Below are positions 7,429 through 13,503 of a stretch of 13,503 nucleotides of DNA, piece by piece. Each line of letters begins with the position of its first letter. Positions within the stretch are counted from its first letter, which is position 1. The translations under genes were made by a program, and so were the position numbers. The notes below the pieces were generated by a model. It saw nothing but the letters and a program-made list of their open reading frames with translations. It ran no database searches and was not told where the DNA came from. Location of the stretch: assembly GCA_965612795.1 (NCBI GenBank), contig CBFDTI010000034.1:1-13503 (forward strand), in the 5' to 3' direction. The stretch comes from an uncultured bacterium (GTDB taxonomy: Bacteria > Hydrothermota > UBA3073 > NMUJ01).

Positions 7429-9125
7429 AAAAATATATCGTAATAGTAGGTGGCGTAATGAGCGGCGTAGGTAAAGGTGTAGCCACTGCATCCATCGCAC
7501 GTATAATCCAAGAATACGGCTATAAAACCACAGCAATAAAGATCGACCCATACTTGAATTATGATGCCGGTACATTAAGGCCGACCGAACACGGTGAGGT
7601 ATGGGTCACATTTGACGGTGGTGAGATCGACCAGGATCTCGGTCACTACGAACGGTTTCTCGGTATCAACATACCCAAACGTAACAACATAACATCTGGC
7701 CAAATCTACAAGACCGTAATCGACCGTGAACGGCGTGGCGAATATTTAGGTCAAACTGTACAGTTCATACCTCACATACCGGAAGAGATCAAACGTCGCA
7801 TAGAAGAAGCAAGTGAAGGCTACGAAGTAATCCTCATAGAAGTTGGTGGTACCGTCGGTGATTACGAAAATATACCTTTTCTCTTCGCCCTAAAAGGCAT
7901 AGAGCGTGAAATAGGCAAGGAGAACGTACTTTATATATTGATAACGTACTTACCGGTACCCCGTCATATCGGTGAGATGAAAACCAAACCCACCCAACAA
8001 GCTATCAAAATGTTACAGGAGATGGGCATAATACCCGATATCATCCTATGTCGTGGCCCTACACCACTTGATGACGTAAGACGTCACAAGATCGAACTTT
8101 ATGCCAACATAAAGCGTGAATATGTCATCTCCGCACCTGATGTTGACACCCTTTATGAAATACCACTTAACTTTGAAAGAGAACAGTTGGGGCATAAAAT
8201 TCTCGATAAGTTACAGATAGCACCAAGAAAGCTACCCGACTGGAACGAATGGGAACATCTCGTCGACAACTTAAAGCACCCAGAAGCCGAAATCCACATA
8301 GCTATGGTCGGTAAATACATAGAGATAGGTACGTTCAAGCTCAAAGATGCGTATATATCGATAAATGAGGCGCTCGAACATAGTGGTGCACACCAAAAGG
8401 TTAAGGTCAACATAGATTGGCTTGACGCCGATAAGCTAAACGTTGAGGAGTTACAGAACTACGATGGTGTCATCATCCCTGGTGGGTTCGGTATCCGTGG
8501 GTTCGAGGGCAAACTACGTGCAATTAAATACGTACGTGAAAATGGTATCCCATTCCTTGGCTTATGTTGGGGTATGCAGATAGCTGTGGTTGAATATGCA
8601 CGCCATGTATTGGGTTGGGAAGAAGCAAACTCCACCGAGGTGGACCAGAGCACTCGCTATCCCGTAGTCGACTTCATACCCAAGCAGCGTGAACTCCTAC
8701 ACGAAAAGGGCTACGGTGGTACGATGCGGTTGGGTGCTTATGCAGCATATCTGAAACCAGGCACCTTGATCTATTCACTCTACAAGGAATTGGGTAGGAT
8801 TGACCACGATATGCGATTACCATTGCCTATGGAACGGCTCGGTAAACCCCTAAACCTACCTTATGTGGTTGAACGTCATCGCCACCGGTATGAAATTAAC
8901 CCCATGTTTATTAAAGATCTTGAACGTGCCGGTATCGTATTTTCTGGTGTACATGAAACCATGGACGGTATATCACTTATGGAATTTATGGAGTTACCTG
9001 ATCACCCATTTTTTGTTGCCACACAAGCACATCCTGAATTCCATTCACGTTTTATGGAACCCTCACCCGTATTTATGGGGTTCGTACGTAAAGCATTGGA
9101 AAGAAGGTTACATCGTACATCATGA
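7425..9125 (+). CDS. pyrG: CTP synthase (glutamine-hydrolysing)
   Basis: GGVMSGVGKG, KIDPYLN, DLGHYERF, EVGGTVGD.E, KTKPTQ, PGGFG.RG, GLCWGMQ (catalytic Cys), GGTMRLG, ERHRHRYE, QAHPEF (His/Glu). Confidence 0.98.
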   Translation: MKKYIVIVGGVMSGVGKGVATASIARIIQEYGYKTTAIKIDPYLNYDAGTLRPTEHGEVWVTFDGGEIDQDLGHYERFLGINIPKRNNITSGQIYKTVIDRERRGEYLGQTVQFIPHIPEEIKRRIEEASEGYEVILIEVGGTVGDYENIPFLFALKGIEREIGKENVLYILITYLPVPRHIGEMKTKPTQQAIKMLQEMGIIPDIILCRGPTPLDDVRRHKIELYANIKREYVISAPDVDTLYEIPLNFEREQLGHKILDKLQIAPRKLPDWNEWEHLVDNLKHPEAEIHIAMVGKYIEIGTFKLKDAYISINEALEHSGAHQKVKVNIDWLDADKLNVEELQNYDGVIIPGGFGIRGFEGKLRAIKYVRENGIPFLGLCWGMQIAVVEYARHVLGWEEANSTEVDQSTRYPVVDFIPKQRELLHEKGYGGTMRLGAYAAYLKPGTLIYSLYKELGRIDHDMRLPLPMERLGKPLNLPYVVERHRHRYEINPMFIKDLERAGIVFSGVHETMDGISLMEFMELPDHPFFVATQAHPEFHSRFMEPSPVFMGFVRKALERRLHRTS

Positions 9126-9889
9126 TCATTGTAAAGACTGAATACGAACTACAGATAATGCGTGAATGTGGTCGTATCATGGCGGAGTTGTTGAACCTAT
9201 TCGCTGATATGGTAAAACCTGGTGTCACAACATACGAGCTCGACCGTTTCGCCGAGGAGTTTATCCTCAGTAGAGGTGGCAAACCCGCCTTTAAGGGGTA
9301 CAAAGGGTATCCCGCCACCTTATGTGTATCCGTTGAGAACGAGGTTATCCATGGCATACCAAGTAATCGCAAATTATACGAAGGTGAGATTGTCAGCATC
9401 GACGTGGGCATATTCTATAAAGGCTACTATACGGATGCAGCTCGTACATATAGAGTAGGTAAGGTGGACGCTAAGCGTAACAAGCTTATACAAGTAACTT
9501 ATGAAGCACTCCAACGTGCCATAAAGGTAGCTGTACCTGGCAAAAGATTAGGCGACATATCACGCGAAATATATAATTATGTGCGTTCACAGGGGTTTGA
9601 TGTTGTACGTGAATTCACCGGCCATGGTGTGGGTAAATTTCTGCATGAGGATCCAATGATACCCAATTATGTACCATATAAGTGGCAAAACCTAAAGTTA
9701 CAACGCTACATGACGCTCGCTATCGAACCCATGGTGGTAGCGGGTAAGCCCGACGTTTATGTTAAGGATGATAATTGGACCGTTGTCACAAAAGATAACG
9801 AACCCGCTGCCCATTTTGAGGATACCGTGGTGGTAAACAACCATCCCGAAGTCATAACAGCAAATTCACTTATTGACAGCCCCCCATAA
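9122..9889 (+). CDS. map: Type I methionine aminopeptidase
   Basis: KPGVTT.ELD, F.GY.GYPA..C.SV, HGIP, SIDVG, TD.ART, GHGVG..LHEDP, AIEPM, WTV.T.D, AAHFE.T. Confidence 0.97.
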   Translation: MIIVKTEYELQIMRECGRIMAELLNLFADMVKPGVTTYELDRFAEEFILSRGGKPAFKGYKGYPATLCVSVENEVIHGIPSNRKLYEGEIVSIDVGIFYKGYYTDAARTYRVGKVDAKRNKLIQVTYEALQRAIKVAVPGKRLGDISREIYNYVRSQGFDVVREFTGHGVGKFLHEDPMIPNYVPYKWQNLKLQRYMTLAIEPMVVAGKPDVYVKDDNWTVVTKDNEPAAHFEDTVVVNNHPEVITANSLIDSPP

Positions 9890-9900
9890 CGAGGTATGGT
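9873..9900 (+). promoter_or_regulatory. Candidate sigma70-type promoter for the FtsZ-like gene
   Basis: Perfect TTGACA (9873-9878), 16-nt spacer, TATGGT (9895-9900). GAGGT (9891-9895) could also act as an SD for GTG 9904 on a read-through transcript. Confidence 0.55.
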
Positions 9901-9903
9901 TAA

Positions 9904-11022
9904 GTGATGAAAGATCTTCCGGTGAAGCCACCTGATAAATCTTCTATAACTGATGGTGGTTTAGTAGTACACAAAAAGTTACGCGATCGTCTCAACATAG
10001 GTATATTGACGTTGGGTAACTTTGGCAACAACATGATGCGTTTCTTACTTAGGAATAGGTTGCCAAACGTCCGCTACATAGCAATGGATACGGATCGCCA
10101 ACATCTTGCTCAGATAAAAGCCGAAAGTTTCAGCGAATTCTTCAGCGAGGTCATAGGGGAAAATATCACCCACGGTAGGGGTACAGGTGGTAATATTGAC
10201 AGAGCGAACGAAATTTTCGAATCTGACAAACCCAACATCGCCCAGTATATCGAGGACTTACACTTTCTATTCATAATTGCTGGATTAGGTGGTGGCACAG
10301 GCGCTATCGCACCACTGATTGCGGAGCTGGCCAAAACCAAGAATATACTGACAATAATGGTGCTGGTATACCCTTTCTCTATGGAAGGTGAACGCAAAAA
10401 AGAGATAGCCACTAAGGTGCTGGAAGCCAGCTCCCGTGTAGCAGACGGTACCATTGTTTTTCACAACCAGACACTTATCCGTCACCACGGGGATATGCCT
10501 ATCGAGCGTGCGTTTGATCAACTCAATGCCCAAATTTTTGATACAATCCAAGCTCTGATAAATCTGATTGCCGATTCCGGTACTATAAACGTAAGTCTTG
10601 GCGATATCGAAAATATACTTTGCAAAAAAGAAAGTGACCACGAGATCGCAATATTAATTGGCGAAGGTACCGGTATAAATCGTAACGAGATTGCCACCCA
10701 ACGTATTATCGAGCAGTTCGAACAACACTGTAAACTTAACACTATCCATAAGCTGTTGTTGTACGTGCAAAGAGGAGAAGACTTCAAGCTAATCGACTTA
10801 CAAAGGATTGTCGATAAATTAAAACACCAAATGTCGGCACAGGATATTTCAATCCGCATAAGTACACCCTATAGGGATATGGAGGATACAGTCCGTATAA
10901 TTGCTTTACTTAAAGGTAGTAAGGCTGATAAGCTAACCGAAGAACCTGACATATTATCACTTCCACCTGAGGAACTTGAATCCAAAATTATCACCGGCAG
11001 CATTAACAGGAAACGTAGGTAA
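9904..11022 (+). CDS. Divergent FtsZ/tubulin-family GTPase-like protein
   Basis: FtsZ-like motifs occur in the right order: IAMDTD.QHL, IGENITHGRGTGGN, FIIAGLGGGTG.IAP.IAE.AK...ILT, YPFSMEG, G.INV...DI, G.GTG.NR. Several signature residues are altered. The start may be GTG 9904 or ATG 9907. Confidence 0.88.
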   Translation: MMKDLPVKPPDKSSITDGGLVVHKKLRDRLNIGILTLGNFGNNMMRFLLRNRLPNVRYIAMDTDRQHLAQIKAESFSEFFSEVIGENITHGRGTGGNIDRANEIFESDKPNIAQYIEDLHFLFIIAGLGGGTGAIAPLIAELAKTKNILTIMVLVYPFSMEGERKKEIATKVLEASSRVADGTIVFHNQTLIRHHGDMPIERAFDQLNAQIFDTIQALINLIADSGTINVSLGDIENILCKKESDHEIAILIGEGTGINRNEIATQRIIEQFEQHCKLNTIHKLLLYVQRGEDFKLIDLQRIVDKLKHQMSAQDISIRISTPYRDMEDTVRIIALLKGSKADKLTEEPDILSLPPEELESKIITGSINRKRR

Positions 11023-12288
11023 TTACTCACCTTTGTCGGTATCTAATACCTCCACATAAGCACCACCCTTGGCAAGTTTTATGTAAAGGTGGTCACCTTT
11101 CAGGATTTCGTCTACACTTGTTATTACTTTTTTCTTGTCTGGTCGAAACACTATACTGTAGCCACGTTCTAGAGTGGCAAACGGGTTCAGATTTGCCAAC
11201 TGTGTGTAAAGGTAGGCAAGTTTTTCCGATCTCGATTTCAAAACTGTGACAACATTATGCTCCAATCTATCGGATAAATGTGACACCTCCCAGCTTATTT
11301 TATCTATGTGATGTAGGAACTGCTCCTCCATCCTACGTTCGACGACGCCTAACTGTTGTACCTTTTCATGTATGTAATCACATAACCTGGTGAGCCCGTA
11401 ACTCTTTTCCCAAGTTTTGATCCGCTCCCTGTAGTTTTCCAGCATCCTGCTAACAACGGTGTCCATCCTCTGGTTGAGGTTTGTTATGTATTTCAATAAC
11501 TCTTTTCTATCAGGGGTGGCACGTTCAGCTGCTACCGATGGTGTCGGTGCACTATAATCTGCCACCATATCAGCAATCGTATTGTCGAGTTCATGCCCTA
11601 TACCGGTGATTATGGGGATAGATGATTTAAATATCGCCTGAGCAACACGTTCCTCATTAAACGCCCACAGCTCCTCCATCGAACCGCCACCTCTACCAAC
11701 TATTATAAGATCAACCTCACCATAATCGTTCATGTCATAAATACCATCGGCTATACTCTCGGCTGCCGCTTCGCCTTGTACTTTGACACCCCTGACGATT
11801 ACCTCAACCCATGGTGCACGCCTACGTATTACACGTAATATATCGTGAAACGCAGCCCCATACATTGCAGTTACCACCCCAACCCTCTCCGGGAATCGGG
11901 GTATCGCCTTCTTATGCTCTATGGCGAAATAACCCATTGAGTGTAGCTTCTTTTTTGTGGCTTCAAACTTTGCCCAGAGGTCGCCCAAGCCTGACGGATA
12001 AACGCGTTGCACATCTATAGTTAATCCCCCTCGCTTAGCATACAGTGTAAGGGTGCCGAAGACTTTCACCTTCATACCATTTTTCAGTAGTGCAGTGTTT
12101 AAATCGCGTCGCTCTTTGTACACAATAGCGGATACCATGGCACGTTCATCCTTAAGCGAAAAATATAGGTGCCCCGAACTTGCCGCATAAAGATCCATGA
12201 CTTCACCCTCAACCCAAACCATGGGATATGTATCTTCAACCAGCTTACGTACTTCAAGCAATAGTTCACTCACTGTATATACTTTCAT
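11023..12288 (-). CDS. xseA: Exodeoxyribonuclease VII large subunit
   Basis: VYTVSEL, VWVEGEV, SSGHLYFSLKD, GVVTA..GAA.HDI, VQGE.A, IIVGRGGGS.EELWAFNEE, GIGHE.D.TIAD.VAD..APTPS.AAE, LNP..TL.RGYSIV. Confidence 0.97.
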   Translation of the reverse strand: MKVYTVSELLLEVRKLVEDTYPMVWVEGEVMDLYAASSGHLYFSLKDERAMVSAIVYKERRDLNTALLKNGMKVKVFGTLTLYAKRGGLTIDVQRVYPSGLGDLWAKFEATKKKLHSMGYFAIEHKKAIPRFPERVGVVTAMYGAAFHDILRVIRRRAPWVEVIVRGVKVQGEAAAESIADGIYDMNDYGEVDLIIVGRGGGSMEELWAFNEERVAQAIFKSSIPIITGIGHELDNTIADMVADYSAPTPSVAAERATPDRKELLKYITNLNQRMDTVVSRMLENYRERIKTWEKSYGLTRLCDYIHEKVQQLGVVERRMEEQFLHHIDKISWEVSHLSDRLEHNVVTVLKSRSEKLAYLYTQLANLNPFATLERGYSIVFRPDKKKVITSVDEILKGDHLYIKLAKGGAYVEVLDTDKGE

Positions 12289-12719
12289 TTAAACCACACT
12301 TCTTCGTGTGGTTCGTATCCCTCCAACTTCTTCACTATGTGGGGTGTGAAACTCTTCTTATTGCTGAACCATCGATTTATGTACTTCATACAGATAACAT
12401 ACAATGCAAACAGCGTACCACCACCAGCATATGCGAAAGCTACCCCCTTCCAAAAGTATAGCGATACAAACCCTATGATAAAAGCCACCACTGGTAACAC
12501 AAACAGGAGCAACGAAGCCAACCACGTACCTTTGGGATCCACCTCCACCAGAACAGTATCACCCTTATTAACCCCCACTGTATCCTTAACCTCTATGACC
12601 ATTTTGTTAGCGTTAGGCTGACACAACCCATGTAATGGACAGCGTTCACATGAGGTCAGTCTCAGCTCCACACGCGCTGTGGTACCTTCGACACTTATGA
12701 CCTTACCCCGATTTAACAT
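12285..12719 (-). CDS. RseC/MucC-family (SoxR-reducing system-like) membrane protein
   Basis: From ATG 12719: G.V..VEG..A.V, CxxCxxxxxC (CERCPLHGLC), GD.V.VE, two TM helices (ASLLLFVLP...). 144 aa. ATGA overlap with the xseA start. The longer start at 12821 lies deep inside the rpoN-like gene. Confidence 0.88.
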   Translation of the reverse strand: MLNRGKVISVEGTTARVELRLTSCERCPLHGLCQPNANKMVIEVKDTVGVNKGDTVLVEVDPKGTWLASLLLFVLPVVAFIIGFVSLYFWKGVAFAYAGGGTLFALYVICMKYINRWFSNKKSFTPHIVKKLEGYEPHEEVWFK

Positions 12720-13503
12720 GTTTTTTACGTCGGGTGAAAAACCTAGAGAGTGGAAATATCCCACGTGGTGTCTGCACATACTTACCACGTAGTGCATATA
12801 AAATGGTGGATATCGGTACACCTAATGTGGGAGCGGCCTCTTCTATCATTACAGGGGTAAGATCTGCCTCACCACATAAAAATTGATGTACCCTTTCTAC
12901 AAGAAAGTTGCCAATCTCTATTAGCAAATTACGCCTTCTATCAAGGTTGCGCAGAAATTCGAACGCCTCCTGTTTCATAGTTTCGAGCAACTTCTGCTCT
13001 TCCTTTGTAAGCTCATTTTTATATATGAGTGTTTCGTATTCTTTGAAATATCGGATCTTGGGTATCATTGCCTCGTTTAAATAGACTTCGAACCTATCGT
13101 CCAACTTGTCGATGATCAGGTCAGGCAACACCGATAGAGGTTCACTCTCCTGCCATGCCTTAGCAGGAAACGCTGTAAGTTTATGCAATAAGGCGCATGC
13201 GGTTTTGACCTCTTCCTCGGGACGGCTCAGAAGCCTTGCAAGGAATGCGGTATCACTTCCTATCATGGGGAGGTAGCGTTCCACCAACAGATACGGTAGA
13301 TCGTCTTTCACTCCTAACCTACGCAACTGTATGAGTAAAGATTCCATAGCGTTACGAGCCGCAATCCCTGGTGGATCGAGCTCTTCCTGTATGGCGATCA
13401 GGACTTTACCGACTTTCTCCGTATCAACGTTAAACCTTTTCGCTATATTTTCCAACGGTATCGTAAGGAACCCCCTATCATCAAGGTTGTATATGATATA
13501 TTC
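12703..13503 (-). CDS. rpoN: RNA polymerase sigma-54 (RpoN)-like protein, 5'-partial, lacking the C-terminal RpoN-box domain
   Basis: Frame is open to the window end (EYIIYNLDDRGFLTIPLENIA...). Core-binding motifs NLDDRGFL, LDPPGIAARN..ESLLIQL, PDLII, DRRRNLL..I...LVE...FL, L.P..IEE.A..LGV..STI, KYVQTPRGIFPL..FF. Stop comes 10 residues after FF. Confidence 0.9.
   Translation of the reverse strand, partial: EYIIYNLDDRGFLTIPLENIAKRFNVDTEKVGKVLIAIQEELDPPGIAARNAMESLLIQLRRLGVKDDLPYLLVERYLPMIGSDTAFLARLLSRPEEEVKTACALLHKLTAFPAKAWQESEPLSVLPDLIIDKLDDRFEVYLNEAMIPKIRYFKEYETLIYKNELTKEEQKLLETMKQEAFEFLRNLDRRRNLLIEIGNFLVERVHQFLCGEADLTPVMIEEAAPTLGVPISTILYALRGKYVQTPRGIFPLSRFFTRRKKHVKSG

Noticed and set aside
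9896..9907. Mini-ORF ATG GTT AAG TGA overlapping ATG 9907
   Set aside because: GAGGT is immediately adjacent to its ATG, too close to act as an SD. A 3-codon ORF is expected by chance.
8153..10859. Short overlapping ORFs within pyrG, map and the FtsZ-like gene (e.g. 9073..9411, 10110..10454, 10285..10641, 10518..10859)
   Set aside because: All lie within well-supported genes and lack motifs or translation signals.
11517..11533. TGGCACG...CTGC resembling a sigma-54 -24/-12 promoter (other TGGCAC hits near 946, 6490, 10293 and 12138)
   Set aside because: GG-to-GC spacing is wrong or the -12 element is missing, and all hits lie inside coding sequence.
12720..12821. Extended N-terminus of the RseC-like ORF
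   Set aside because: It overlaps the conserved HTH/TPRG region of the sigma-54 gene. Family-like sequence begins at MLNRGKV (12719).
1..13503. Frequent TACGT/ACGT/GGTACC short palindromes
   Set aside because: Explainable by codon usage (CGT after A-ending codons, GGT-ACC). No regular spacing that would indicate a repeat array or CRISPR.

Overview
Gene-dense bacterial chromosomal window with no RNA genes, mobile elements or CRISPR array that I can see. The + strand carries the 3' end of a secreted P-domain protein with a T9SS-type C-terminal tail, a 2x[4Fe-4S] ferredoxin, purH, then a tightly overlapping run: frr-uppS-cdsA-dxr-rseP-metallophosphoesterase-(unannotated 31-aa membrane peptide)-pyrG-map, and finally a strongly divergent FtsZ-family gene. 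Converging on it from the - strand are a sigma-54 (RpoN)-like gene running off the window end, an RseC/MucC-family gene and xseA. The T9SS-like tail together with clear AGGAGG Shine-Dalgarno sites suggests a non-Bacteroidota FCB-related lineage (inference only). Most notable: (1) the sigma-54 homologue ends right after a degenerate HTH, lacks the RpoN box and overlaps rseC; (2) the FtsZ homologue lies outside the dcw cluster, has altered GTPase motifs and may have its own leaderless promoter; (3) a small single-TM ORF exactly bridges the phosphoesterase-pyrG gap; (4) several core enzymes (Dxr, PyrG, PurH) have unusual motif variants. All motif comparisons are from recalled consensus sequences, not computed alignments.
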